A program made the position numbers and the translations under genes. Source: Vicinamibacterales bacterium (GTDB taxonomy: Bacteria; Acidobacteriota; Vicinamibacteria; Vicinamibacterales; UBA8438). From it: 64,000 nucleotides of DNA. The stretch covers positions 282,623 through 346,622 of the forward strand of contig CBDBOU010000003.1 of the NCBI GenBank assembly GCA_965208535.1. Direction: 5' to 3'. Under the pieces are notes generated by a model that was given only the letters and a program-made list of their open reading frames with translations, made no database searches and was not told the DNA's origin. This document shows, piece after piece, positions 37,384 through 46,514 of this stretch (positions are counted from its first letter, which is position 1; every line of letters begins with the position of its first letter).

Positions 37384-37629
37384 ATGAAGGTGGACAAGAT
37401 GAGCGTCTCGTTCGAGGCCACGCTCGGAGACGAGATTCGGCAGGCTGCTCGGGAGGGCGGCGTCGGGCTGTCGTCGTGGCTGTCGGAGGCGGCGGCCCGG
37501 AAGCTCCGCGCCGACGCGCTGCGTGAGTTCCTCGACGAATGGGAGGCCGAATTCGGCGCGCCGACTCCCGAAGAGCTGGCCAAGGCAGAAGCAGATCTCG
37601 GCTTCGGCACCGGAGAACCGGAGGCGTGA
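37384..37629 (+). CDS. RHH-type antitoxin VapB-like (TA module 4)
   Basis: 81 aa. MSVSFEATLGDEIRQAAREGGVGLSSWLSEAAARKL is a typical RHH N-terminus. Confidence 0.75.
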   Translation: MKVDKMSVSFEATLGDEIRQAAREGGVGLSSWLSEAAARKLRADALREFLDEWEAEFGAPTPEELAKAEADLGFGTGEPEA

Positions 37630-38009
37630 GCGCGCTGGTGCTCGACGCCGGTGCGTTTCTCGCCGTGGAACGCGGCGACCCAGCGGTGGGGACTCGGTTG
37701 CGGTCGGCCCTGCAGCGGAATGTCGACTTGCGGACGAGTGCCATCGTGCTGGGCCAGGTTTGGCGGGACCCCCGGGGACGCCAGGCCCGCCTCGCGCGCC
37801 TGCTGCGCGCCGTGGAAGTCCGTCCCGTGGACGAGCAGATGGGGCGTCGCGCTGGCGTTCTGCTGGCCCGAGCGGGAACCAGCGACCCGATCGACGCGAC
37901 CGTCGTGCTGGTCGCGGAGAGCGGCGATCGAATCCTCACGAACGATCCGGTCGACGTCCGACGTCTCGTGACCGCGGCCGGCACGCTGGCTGCCGTCATC
38001 CCCTGCTGA
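37626..38009 (+). CDS. vapC: PIN-domain toxin VapC (TA module 4)
   Basis: GTG at 37626 overlaps the antitoxin stop (GTGA). VSALVLDAGAFLAVERGD and SGDRILTNDPVD are PIN acidic motifs. Confidence 0.75.
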   Translation: MSALVLDAGAFLAVERGDPAVGTRLRSALQRNVDLRTSAIVLGQVWRDPRGRQARLARLLRAVEVRPVDEQMGRRAGVLLARAGTSDPIDATVVLVAESGDRILTNDPVDVRRLVTAAGTLAAVIPC

Positions 38010-38089
38010 TACCGCCTCGTCTCGCTTCACGTGCCCGCCGCCACCCCCAACCGGGCGTCCGGCGCGAACGGCGGGGCGGCAGTCGCCGC

Positions 38090-38839
38090 TCAAGGTGTGT
38101 CCTGAAGCACCTTGGCGGGCACTCCGGAGCGCACCGCACGGCCGGCGTCCAGCACGATCGCCCAGTCGGCGACCCGGCGCACCTCGTCGGCCACGTGCGA
38201 CACGTAGATCATCGGCGTGCCGAGCTCGTCGCGCACCCGCTCCAGGTAGGGCAGGATTCGGTCGCGCAGGCCGAGGTCGAGCGCCGCGAGCGGTTCGTCG
38301 AGCAGCAGCAGGTCGGGCTCGGTCATCAGGGCGCGGGCGAGGGCGACGCGCTGGCGCTCCCCGCCGGAGAGGCCGTCCACCGAACGTGACAGGAGCGTGT
38401 CGATCTCCAGCAGCTCGAGCACCGACGCGTGCGTGCCGTGCGTCTCCGGCGTCCCGCCGCCGGCGCCGCTCTCGCGGGCATCTCGCCCGCCCGCACCTTG
38501 GTCCGCCGTCCTGCCGCCGGCGCCGTACAGCACGTTGCGCCGGACGTCGAGGTGGGGAAACAGCGCCAGGTCCTGCGGCACGTAGCCGACGCGGCGGTCG
38601 TGCACCGGCACGTCCACGCCGCGCCGGGAATCGAACAGCACGTGGCGGCCGATCCGAATCACGCCTTCGTCCGGCCGGCGCAGGCCGGCGACGGCATCCA
38701 GGGTGGTGGTCTTGCCGGACCCGGACGGTCCGAACAGCGCCACGGTGCGCGTGGCGATGGTCTCGCGCAGATCGAGCGTGAACGCGCCGGCTCGAAGGCG
38801 GACGTCGATGACGACCGACGCCTCGTCGCCGGTGCTCAC
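38090..38839 (-). CDS. modC: Molybdate ABC transporter ATP-binding protein ModC (short form without C-terminal TOBE domain)
   Basis: Walker A GPSGSGKT, signature LSGGERQR and Walker B LLLLDEP are present. A Gly-rich ~35 aa insertion is present. Operon context is with modAB. Confidence 0.85.
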   Translation of the reverse strand: MSTGDEASVVIDVRLRAGAFTLDLRETIATRTVALFGPSGSGKTTTLDAVAGLRRPDEGVIRIGRHVLFDSRRGVDVPVHDRRVGYVPQDLALFPHLDVRRNVLYGAGGRTADQGAGGRDARESGAGGGTPETHGTHASVLELLEIDTLLSRSVDGLSGGERQRVALARALMTEPDLLLLDEPLAALDLGLRDRILPYLERVRDELGTPMIYVSHVADEVRRVADWAIVLDAGRAVRSGVPAKVLQDTP

Positions 38840-39492
38840 GACGCGGTCCCGAGACGGTTCGAGAGGTAGACGGCCGCGAAGCCGATGGCTACCGCGGCGG
38901 CAATCAGCGTCATGGCCGCCGCGTCGCGGCCCAGCTCGGCGTTACGGTAGATGGCGACCGAGAGCGTGCGGGCGCCGGGGAGCGCGCCGGCCAGCATGAT
39001 GGTGGCGCCGAACTCCCCGATGGCGCGGGAGAAGCCGAGCACCGTCCCGGCCAGCAGCCCGCGCCGGGCGAGCGGCAGGCTCACGGTCCAGAAGACGCGC
39101 CAGGGCCGCGCCCCCAGGGTGGCGGCAATCGCCTCGTAGCGCCGATCCGCCTGCTCGAACCCGGCCCGCGTCGCCCGGACGAGCAGCGGCAGCCCCATGA
39201 CCGCCATGGCCACCACCACCGCCTTCCAGGTGAAGACGATGTCGATGCCGAGCGGCTCGAGCAGCGTCCCGAGCGGCCCGCGGCGTCCGAAGAGCTTCAG
39301 CAGGATCAGGCCGGTGGCCACCGGCGGCACGACCAGCGGCAGCGAGACGAGGGTCTCCATGATGGTCCGACCCGGAAACTCACGCCGGGCCAACAGCCAT
39401 GCGATGGCGACGCCGGGCGGCAGCATGACGAGGGTGGCGACCGCCGCCATCAGCACGGTGAACCCGGTGACCTGGACGAGCTCCCCGGTCAC
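38836..39492 (-). CDS. modB: Molybdate ABC transporter permease ModB
   Basis: 218 aa starting at GTG 39492, preceded by AAGGAGGGGG. The EAA-type loop RAIGEFGATIM is present. The ORF track extends the frame spuriously to 39636. Confidence 0.88.
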   Translation of the reverse strand: MTGELVQVTGFTVLMAAVATLVMLPPGVAIAWLLARREFPGRTIMETLVSLPLVVPPVATGLILLKLFGRRGPLGTLLEPLGIDIVFTWKAVVVAMAVMGLPLLVRATRAGFEQADRRYEAIAATLGARPWRVFWTVSLPLARRGLLAGTVLGFSRAIGEFGATIMLAGALPGARTLSVAIYRNAELGRDAAAMTLIAAAVAIGFAAVYLSNRLGTAS

Positions 39493-39560
39493 TGTGCCCC
39501 CTCCTTGACGGTGAACCCGGTGACCTGGACGAGCTCCCCGGTCACCGCGCCTCCTCCCTG
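39455..39560. repeat. 53 bp tandem duplication of the modB ribosome-binding site and first 13 codons
   Basis: 39455..39507 and 39508..39560 are 49/53 identical. The upstream copy opens an 18-codon mini-ORF (39545..39489). Confidence 0.9.
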
Positions 39561-39639
39561 GGAGAGCCGGTCTCCGCAAGCCTGACGGAAATCGCGTGCG
39601 CTGTTCGCGTGGGCCGTGTACGTCCGGGGATCGCACCGC

Positions 39640-40458
39640 TCACGGAGCCGCCTCCGTGGCCGCCTCGTTGCCGGGCGGCAGGCCGATGAAACCCGCCGCG
39701 TCGAACCGGCGCCGCGCGCCGTCGCTCTGCAGGTAGTCGAGGAAGCGGGCCGCGCCGCCGGGATTCGGCGCATCGCGGACGACGGCGGCCGGGTACACGA
39801 TGGCCGGGCCGTCCTCGACCGGCACGGCGAACGCGATGACGGCGCCCGTCGAGGTCCGCACGTCCGTCCGGTACACGACCCCGGCGTCGACGGTGCCCGC
39901 CTCCACCGCGCGCAGGGCCGCCCGCACGGAGCTGGCCGGGACCACACGGTCCGCGATCGATTCCCACAGTCCCTGCGATTCCAGGTAGCGGTGGGCGTAG
40001 ACCCCGGCGGGAACGGCCTCGGGATCGCCGACGGCGATCCGCTCGATCGACGCGTTCGCGAGATCCCGCGGCCGGGTCACCGTGCCCGCCCGGTCGGACG
40101 GCACGACGATCACGAGCTGATTCGAGAGCAGGTCGATCCGCCGCGCCGGATCGATGCGCCCCGCCCCCGCCGCGCGCTCCATCTGCAGCACGTCGGCGCT
40201 GATGAAGACGTCGGCCGGGGCGCCCTCGATGATCTGCGACGCGAGCATCTGCGATCCGCCGACGTTCAACAGGATGCGGAGGCCGTGCTCCGCCTCGAAC
40301 CCGTCGGCGACCGCGTCGATCGCTTCGGAAAGGCTGGCCGCGGCGGACACCAGCAGCGCCGGCGGCTCGGCGCCGCCAGGGTCCCGCCCGCCCGTTCCAC
40401 ACGCGGCGGCGGCCGCGAGGGTGAGCGCCAGGAGCATGGGCAAACGGTCTCTCTTCAC
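39640..40458 (-). CDS. modA: Molybdate-binding periplasmic lipoprotein ModA
   Basis: 272 aa. A lipobox-like LAAAAACG is present, with VSAAASL, GAPADVFISAD and AVGDPEAVPAGVYA motifs. Confidence 0.88.
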   Translation of the reverse strand: MKRDRLPMLLALTLAAAAACGTGGRDPGGAEPPALLVSAAASLSEAIDAVADGFEAEHGLRILLNVGGSQMLASQIIEGAPADVFISADVLQMERAAGAGRIDPARRIDLLSNQLVIVVPSDRAGTVTRPRDLANASIERIAVGDPEAVPAGVYAHRYLESQGLWESIADRVVPASSVRAALRAVEAGTVDAGVVYRTDVRTSTGAVIAFAVPVEDGPAIVYPAAVVRDAPNPGGAARFLDYLQSDGARRRFDAAGFIGLPPGNEAATEAAP

Positions 40459-40760
40459 GACGCGAACTTCCTGGAGAAAGGTGATTCAATAGCATTTCAA
40501 GCGATTTTGCAAACGGTTCGAAGCGGTAACGAGACGTGACCGGTCCGGTTGACCGATGCTGCCGCGGGTGGAGCGCACGACTTGCGGCGTCTTCCTTCAC
40601 TCGTGCCGGGTTCGGGCCGCGACCGGGATCTCCGGCCCGGGCCGGCGCGACGGTCGCTCTGCGGCCCGCCGTTCGTTATGCTGTACAGGCGTGGGTTGGG
40701 GGGCTGCGCCGCAGGGAGGCGTAGGCGCAGACGACGCTGGCCCGCGTCGAGGAGGGGACG

Positions 40761-41420
40761 ATGCTGTTCGCCAATCCAGCCAGTCTGCGGATGCCCACCG
40801 CGGCGGAGGCGCTGCCGGGCCGCGGCGAGCCGCTGCCGGTGCCGCCGGGGCATTTCGTGCACGGTCGTCCGATAGCCCCGCCGTTTCCGGAGGGCACGCG
40901 GAGCGCGGTTTTCGGCCTCGGCTGCTTCTGGGGCGCCGAGCGCACCTTCTGGAAGCTCGAGGGCGTCTATTCGACGGCCGTCGGTTACGCCGGGGGGTTC
41001 ACGGAGAATCCGACCTACGAAGAGGTCTGCAGCGGGGGGACGGGACACTCCGAGGTGGTGCTCGTCGTCCACGACCCGCGGGTCATCGACTTCGAGGGGC
41101 TCCTGAGGGTCTTCTGGGAGAGTCACGATCCGACGCAGGGCATGCGCCAGGGCAACGACGTGGGGACACAGTACCGCTCGGTGATCTTCGTCGACGACGA
41201 CGAGCGGTTGCGTGTGGCGGAGGCATCTCGGGATGCGTACCAGCCGGGTCTGACGGCGGCGGGCTACGGCGCGATCACCACCGAGATCCGTACGGCGCCT
41301 CCGTTCTACCACGCCGAGGAGTACCACCAGCAGTACCTGGCGAAGAACCCCGGCGGCTACTGCGGTCTCGGCGGCACCGGCGTTGCCTGTCCGCGGCCGG
41401 CTGAAGCCCAGCACGCCTGA
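40761..41420 (+). CDS. msrA: Peptide methionine (S)-sulfoxide reductase MsrA
   Basis: 219 aa. The active site GLGCFWGAE and the motifs GYAGG and HSEVV are present. Confidence 0.93.
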   Translation: MLFANPASLRMPTAAEALPGRGEPLPVPPGHFVHGRPIAPPFPEGTRSAVFGLGCFWGAERTFWKLEGVYSTAVGYAGGFTENPTYEEVCSGGTGHSEVVLVVHDPRVIDFEGLLRVFWESHDPTQGMRQGNDVGTQYRSVIFVDDDERLRVAEASRDAYQPGLTAAGYGAITTEIRTAPPFYHAEEYHQQYLAKNPGGYCGLGGTGVACPRPAEAQHA

Positions 41421-41508
41421 GAGGAGCAGCGCCGCCCGTGCCGCTTCCAGCCTCCGGCGGGACGGCCGTCGAGCCGATAGATCGGGTACGGCAGCCGGAC
41501 TGCGGCTC

Positions 41509-42276
41509 ATGATCGACTGGACCGCGTACGAGGCGGTGCTCTTCGACCTCGACGGTGTGCTCACCGCCACCGCCAGGCTTCACGCCGCGTCGTGGAAGCG
41601 GATGTTCGACGACTATCTGCGCCGCCGGGCGTCCGTGCGCCGCGAGCCGTTCCGGCCATTCGAGATGCCCGGCGACTACGCGCGGTTCGTGGACGGCCGG
41701 CCCCGGTACGACGGGGTCCGGACCTTCCTCGCCTCGCGCGGCATCACGCTGGACGACGGCGATCCCGACGACCTGCCGGGCGGGGAGACCGTCTGCGGCC
41801 TCGGCAACCGGAAGAACGCGATGTTCGGCGACCTGCTGGCCAGCGAAGGCGTCGAGGTCTACGACGGGTCGCTGGCGGTGGTGCGGCACCTGCTGCGCCA
41901 CGGGGTGCGCGCCGCCGTCGTCTCCTCGAGCCGGAGCTGCGAGGCCATCCTGCGCGGCGCGAACATCGCCGATCTGTTCGAGCTGCGCGTCGACGGACAG
42001 GTGGCCGCGCAAGAGGGGTTGGCCGGCAAGCCCGCGCCCGACACCTTCCTCTATGCGGCACGGGTGCTCGGCGTGGCGCCGTCGCGGGCGGTCGTCGTCG
42101 AGGATGCGATTGCCGGCGTCGAAGCCGGACGGGCGGGGGGATTCGGCCTGGTCGTCGCGATCGATCGCACTGGCGTGACGGAGGCGCTCGCGCGGGCCGG
42201 CGCGGACCACGTGGTGACCGACCTGGGCGACACGCTGTGGGACGGGGCAGAAGCCGGACGCACGGAGGCGCCGTGA
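41509..42276 (+). CDS. pgmB: Beta-phosphoglucomutase (HAD family)
   Basis: Starts MIDWTAYEAVLFDLDGVLT, inside ORF 41383..42276. GKPAPD and VEDAIAGVEAG are present. It sits immediately upstream of the GH65 phosphorylase. Confidence 0.85.
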   Translation: MIDWTAYEAVLFDLDGVLTATARLHAASWKRMFDDYLRRRASVRREPFRPFEMPGDYARFVDGRPRYDGVRTFLASRGITLDDGDPDDLPGGETVCGLGNRKNAMFGDLLASEGVEVYDGSLAVVRHLLRHGVRAAVVSSSRSCEAILRGANIADLFELRVDGQVAAQEGLAGKPAPDTFLYAARVLGVAPSRAVVVEDAIAGVEAGRAGGFGLVVAIDRTGVTEALARAGADHVVTDLGDTLWDGAEAGRTEAP

Positions 42277-42279
42277 CCA

Positions 42280-44694
42280 ATGGGTGACAGCCAGCGACAT
42301 CATCCGCCCCAGAACATCTATCCCCCCGAGCCGTGGCGTCTCGTCGAGACACGCTTCGACGAGCGCTACCTGGCCGCCGCCGAGTCGCTGTTCGCCAGCG
42401 CAAACGGCTACCTCGGGATGCGGGGTACCTGCGATGAGGGGCAGCCGGTCGTGCACAGCGGCACCTACGTCAATGGCTTTCACGAGACGTGGCCGATCGT
42501 CTACGGCGAGGAAGCCTACGGCTTCGCCAAGCTGGGGCAGACCATCGTCGACGTGCCGGACGCCAAGATCATCCGCCTGTACGTCGACGACGAGCCGTTC
42601 TTTCTGCCGACCGCGACCCTGGAGGGATTCGAGCGGGCGCTCGACATGCGGGCCGGCACGCTCGACAGGGAGCTCGTCTGGGCGCATTCTTCGGGGCAGC
42701 GCGTCGCCATTCGGTCGCGCCGCCTGGTCTCTCTCGAGCACCGGCATCTGGCCGCAATCGAGTACGAGGTCACGCTCCTGGCGAACGACGCGCCCGTCGT
42801 CATCGTGTCGGAAGTCGTCGACAGCGAGCGTTCCGCGCATGCCAACGGCGACCCCCGCACCCGGCAGTTCGGCTGCGAGGTGCTCGACGCGGAGGTGAGC
42901 CGCACTGGGGACGCGCGCGTGGTGCGCGGCTACGCGACCCAATCGAGCGGGATGACGCTGTCGTGCGCCATCGATCACGAGGTGCGGACCGACTGCTCGT
43001 TCCGTGTCAAGGCAGCGGCCGACGAGTCCGCCGGGCGCGTGGTCTATTCCATCGACGGCACGGTCGGAACCCGCATCCGGCTCATCAAGTACATCACGTA
43101 CCACTCGTCGCGGCGCCGCCAGGTCGAGGAGCTCTGCCAACGTGCCGAGCGGGTTCTCGACCGCGCCGTGGAGAAGGGGTTCGAGGATCTTCTCGCCAGC
43201 CAGAAGCGCTTTCTCGACGACTTCTGGGATTGCAGCGACGTGGAGGTGCGCGACAACCCGGAGTGGCAGCAGACCATCCGGTTCAACCTGTTCCACATGT
43301 GCCAGGCGACGGCGCGGGCCGAGGGCGTCGGCGTGCCGGCCAAGGGCCTGACCGGGCCGGGGTACGAGGGGCACTACTTCTGGGACACCGAGATTTACGT
43401 GCTGCCCTTCCTCACGTACACCAAGCCGCGGGTCGCGCAGAACCTGCTGCGTCAGCGGCACGCCTTCCTGGACGAGGCGCGGCAGCGCGCGCAGGAGGTC
43501 AACCAGCGCGGCGCGCTCTTCCCCTGGCGCACCATCAACGGCAACGAGGCGTCCGCCTACTACGCGGCCGGAACGGCGCAGTACCACATCAACGCGGACA
43601 TCGTGTATGCGCTTCGCAAGTATGTGGACGCCACCGGCGACAGGGACTTCCTGAAGGAGGTCGGCGCGGAGATCCTGGTCGAGACCGCGCGTCTGTGGGT
43701 CGACCTCGGCTTCTTCGGCCGCCACGACGGCAAGTTCCGGATCAACGGCGTGACCGGGCCGGACGAGTACAACACCGTCGTCAACAACAACCTGTACACG
43801 AACCTGATGGCGCGCGAGAACCTCTGGTACGCCGTGGAGACCATCCGCGCGCTGGCGGAGAGCGATCCGCAGCGATTCGCGTCGCTGGTGCGCGACACCG
43901 GACTCCGCCCGGACGAAATCGATGACTGGCGGCAAGCGGCCGATCGGATGTACCTGCCGTACGACGAGCGGGACGGCGTGCATCTGCAGGACGACTCCTT
44001 CAAGGACAAGCAGGACTGGGACTTCGCCAGCACGCCCGCCGAGAAGTACCCGCTGTTGCTGCACTACCACCCGCTCGTGATCTACCGCTATCGCGTCGTC
44101 AAGCAGGCGGACGTCGTGCTGGCGATGTTCCTCCTCGGGCACGAGTTCTCGCACGACCAGAAGCGGCGCAACTTCGTGTACTACGACCGGCTGACGACGC
44201 GCGATTCGTCGCTGTCGTGCTCCATCGAGAGCATCATCGCGGCCGAGGTGGGAGAGATGGACAAGGCGTTCAGCTACTCCATCGACGCGGGACTGATGGA
44301 CCTGGCCGACGTGGCCGGCAACGTGCAGGACGGATGCCACGTCGCTTCGATGGGCGGGTTCTGGATGACCCTCATCTACGGCTTCGCGGGGATGCGCGAC
44401 ACCGGCGGCCGCATCAGCTTCGCGCCCAAGGTGCCCGAGCGCCTCGGCGGCCTGCGGTTCCCGCTGCAGATCCGGGGGCAGCGCCTGGAGGTCGATCTGA
44501 CCCCGACGTCCGCCACGTACACCCTGAAAGGGGCGGCGCCGCTGACCATCGTCCACGAGGACGAGATGGTCGAGCTGGCGCCCGACGTCCCGAGCACTTG
44601 CGAGGTGCGGCGGCGTCCGCAGGCTGCGGGCGATGCGTCGTCCGCGACCGCCTCCTCCGGTGCAGAGACTGCCGCGTCGGTCGGCGAACCGTAG
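42280..44694 (+). CDS. Glycoside hydrolase family 65 disaccharide phosphorylase (kojibiose/trehalose/maltose phosphorylase type)
   Basis: 804 aa. Motifs SANGYLGMRG and GYEGHYFWDTE (catalytic Glu region) are present. It is paired with pgmB. Confidence 0.9.
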   Translation: MGDSQRHHPPQNIYPPEPWRLVETRFDERYLAAAESLFASANGYLGMRGTCDEGQPVVHSGTYVNGFHETWPIVYGEEAYGFAKLGQTIVDVPDAKIIRLYVDDEPFFLPTATLEGFERALDMRAGTLDRELVWAHSSGQRVAIRSRRLVSLEHRHLAAIEYEVTLLANDAPVVIVSEVVDSERSAHANGDPRTRQFGCEVLDAEVSRTGDARVVRGYATQSSGMTLSCAIDHEVRTDCSFRVKAAADESAGRVVYSIDGTVGTRIRLIKYITYHSSRRRQVEELCQRAERVLDRAVEKGFEDLLASQKRFLDDFWDCSDVEVRDNPEWQQTIRFNLFHMCQATARAEGVGVPAKGLTGPGYEGHYFWDTEIYVLPFLTYTKPRVAQNLLRQRHAFLDEARQRAQEVNQRGALFPWRTINGNEASAYYAAGTAQYHINADIVYALRKYVDATGDRDFLKEVGAEILVETARLWVDLGFFGRHDGKFRINGVTGPDEYNTVVNNNLYTNLMARENLWYAVETIRALAESDPQRFASLVRDTGLRPDEIDDWRQAADRMYLPYDERDGVHLQDDSFKDKQDWDFASTPAEKYPLLLHYHPLVIYRYRVVKQADVVLAMFLLGHEFSHDQKRRNFVYYDRLTTRDSSLSCSIESIIAAEVGEMDKAFSYSIDAGLMDLADVAGNVQDGCHVASMGGFWMTLIYGFAGMRDTGGRISFAPKVPERLGGLRFPLQIRGQRLEVDLTPTSATYTLKGAAPLTIVHEDEMVELAPDVPSTCEVRRRPQAAGDASSATASSGAETAASVGEP

Positions 44695-44763
44695 TCGCCG
44701 GTGCCGACCCGACGCGGACCTCGCGCGCCTGCCGCCTGACAGGAGCGGAAGCTCCGAAAGGGG

Positions 44764-45510
44764 CTACCGAATGGTCTGCAACTGGTTGTCGACCCGCAGG
44801 ACGCCCTGCGTCTGGGCGACGATGCGCTGCATCTCGATGTACTCGATCCGGCTCTGCACGTAGCCGATGAGAGTGACCACGCTGTTGTTCACGATGATGT
44901 GGAACGGCGGATTGGGCATCGATACGAACCGCTGGAAGTGCTCGCTCCTGGCGAGCTGGCGGCCGATCGCGTTCCGGAGCCGGTTGTCCGAGCTGCTGGG
45001 AGAGAGCGGGGTGAGGTTCACCTGGACGTCCTGGACGCCGCGCACCTTGGCGATGCGCTCGAACAGCTCGCCCGCCTTGTCACGCTCCGGCGTCACCTGC
45101 CCGAAGATGCTGACGACGCCGTTGTCTATGCGCCCGTCGATGTAGTCCCAGACTCGGTAGTGCGGATAGCGCTGGATGGCGCGGCTCACGTCCTCGACCA
45201 GCTCTTCCTGGTCCTCCTGGACCGGCACCTCGATCTCGCTGACCACGGTGCCGACGCCGCGCACGCCGAACGTGCGGCGGAGCGCCTCGTTCTTGTCCCA
45301 GAAGTGGCGCACCCGCCCGCGCAGCGTGACCTCGTCGCCGGCCGCCGACACGTCGATCCGGCGCAGCGCGCGGTCCCGGCGCAGCTCCCGCTCGACGGCC
45401 TGCTCGAGCTGCTCCGGCGACTGGCCGGCTGCTTCGGCGCCGGCGGCAATCCCGACAAGGACCGACAGAGCGATGCCGGCGCTCACGAAGTGTCTCTGAA
45501 TCGCGTGCAT
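44764..45510 (-). CDS. Periplasmic BON-domain protein (OsmY-like, three BON-like repeats)
   Basis: 248 aa starting at MHAIQRH, inside ORF 44764..46647. A signal peptide is followed by repeated V.V....G.VTL.G.V patterns. Confidence 0.75.
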   Translation of the reverse strand: MHAIQRHFVSAGIALSVLVGIAAGAEAAGQSPEQLEQAVERELRRDRALRRIDVSAAGDEVTLRGRVRHFWDKNEALRRTFGVRGVGTVVSEIEVPVQEDQEELVEDVSRAIQRYPHYRVWDYIDGRIDNGVVSIFGQVTPERDKAGELFERIAKVRGVQDVQVNLTPLSPSSSDNRLRNAIGRQLARSEHFQRFVSMPNPPFHIIVNNSVVTLIGYVQSRIEYIEMQRIVAQTQGVLRVDNQLQTIR

Positions 45511-45566
45511 GCTTGATCTCCCGGGCAGGCGGGCCCTCTCACTCACTTGTACCACACTCGGTGGAT

Positions 45567-46514
45567 TCAGGGCGCGCCGGCGGGCGGCGCAGGCCGTGCG
45601 GCGTCGGCGACACGGGCTCGCGCGACGTAGGTGGGATGCGCGAGCTGGTCCTGGAAGTACGCGGTCTGCGACGCCCAGGCCACGAGCATCGCCAGGAGAT
45701 GCGCAGCCGGATAGAGCTGTTCGACGAAAAACGGTCCCATCCGGCCAAGGTTCATCGCGGCCGTTGCCACGAGCGAGCAGCCCGCCAGCAGCAGCACGAG
45801 CAGGAGCGCGTTCAGCAGCCAGAGAGCGGCGACCGCGGCGGGGCGGCGGACCATGAAGCGGAGCGCGGCCAGGAGGGCGCCGATCGCGCTCCGGCGGTCC
45901 TCGACCACGGCGCGGACCCGTGCGTAGTCGACGACGAGGCCGATACCCGCACGCCCGGCGGCGAACAGCCCGTTGAGCGCGAGCCAGGCCGCATCGGCGT
46001 TGGCCGCGCTGGCCGGCCCCGTCGCGGATGCGCCGGGAGCGCCGCTGGAGAGCCAGGGTCGGAGCAAGCCGAACAAGAGCCAGTACAGTGCACCGGCCAG
46101 CAGGGCGAGCCGTGTCAGCGGCCACACATGATGACGGCACGCCGCGAGAAACCCGGCGCCTCCCATCCACCGCTGCCGGGCCAGCCGATCCAGGGCGCCG
46201 CCGGCCAGGAACGTCCAGAAGACCATGCCGGCCAGGGCCAGCGCGGCAGCGCCGGGCTGTGGCACGCCCCTGGCCAGGCTGCCGAGGGCGGCGACGACCG
46301 CGAAACCCGAAGGGTCGGACCCGACGGCGTGGGTGATGCCGACGGGCGCGCCGTCGCCGCTGGTTCTGACGGATTCGACGCCGGCGCCGCCTCCCTCGGG
46401 TGTGACGGATCCCAGCGCCAGCGCGGCGGCGAGAGCCAGGCTGTACAGAAGAAGGAACAGCAGCGGAGCGGCTGCGACCCGACGCATGCCGTCGACGAAA
46501 GCGCGGAGAGCCAT
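45567..46514 (-). CDS. Hypothetical polytopic membrane protein
   Basis: 315 aa with several long hydrophobic segments. I recognise no family motif. Confidence 0.5.
   Translation of the reverse strand: MALRAFVDGMRRVAAAPLLFLLLYSLALAAALALGSVTPEGGGAGVESVRTSGDGAPVGITHAVGSDPSGFAVVAALGSLARGVPQPGAAALALAGMVFWTFLAGGALDRLARQRWMGGAGFLAACRHHVWPLTRLALLAGALYWLLFGLLRPWLSSGAPGASATGPASAANADAAWLALNGLFAAGRAGIGLVVDYARVRAVVEDRRSAIGALLAALRFMVRRPAAVAALWLLNALLLVLLLAGCSLVATAAMNLGRMGPFFVEQLYPAAHLLAMLVAWASQTAYFQDQLAHPTYVARARVADAARPAPPAGAP

Noticed and set aside
27742-39560. Whether the tandem repeats at 27742..27894, 37102..37272 and 39455..39560 could be CRISPR arrays.
   Set aside because: Each has only two directly abutting copies with no unique spacers, and the unit lengths are 53-86 bp. 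No cas genes are present in the window.
40459-40760. A possible molybdenum-cofactor (Moco) riboswitch or ModE operator upstream of modA.
   Set aside because: I read the minus-strand leader and saw only a short AT-rich promoter-like stretch (TTGCAA..TATTGA) and an AGGAAG SD. I could not recognise the Moco motif's conserved stems or a TATAT-N7-TAYAT ModE site. A cmscan would be needed to decide.
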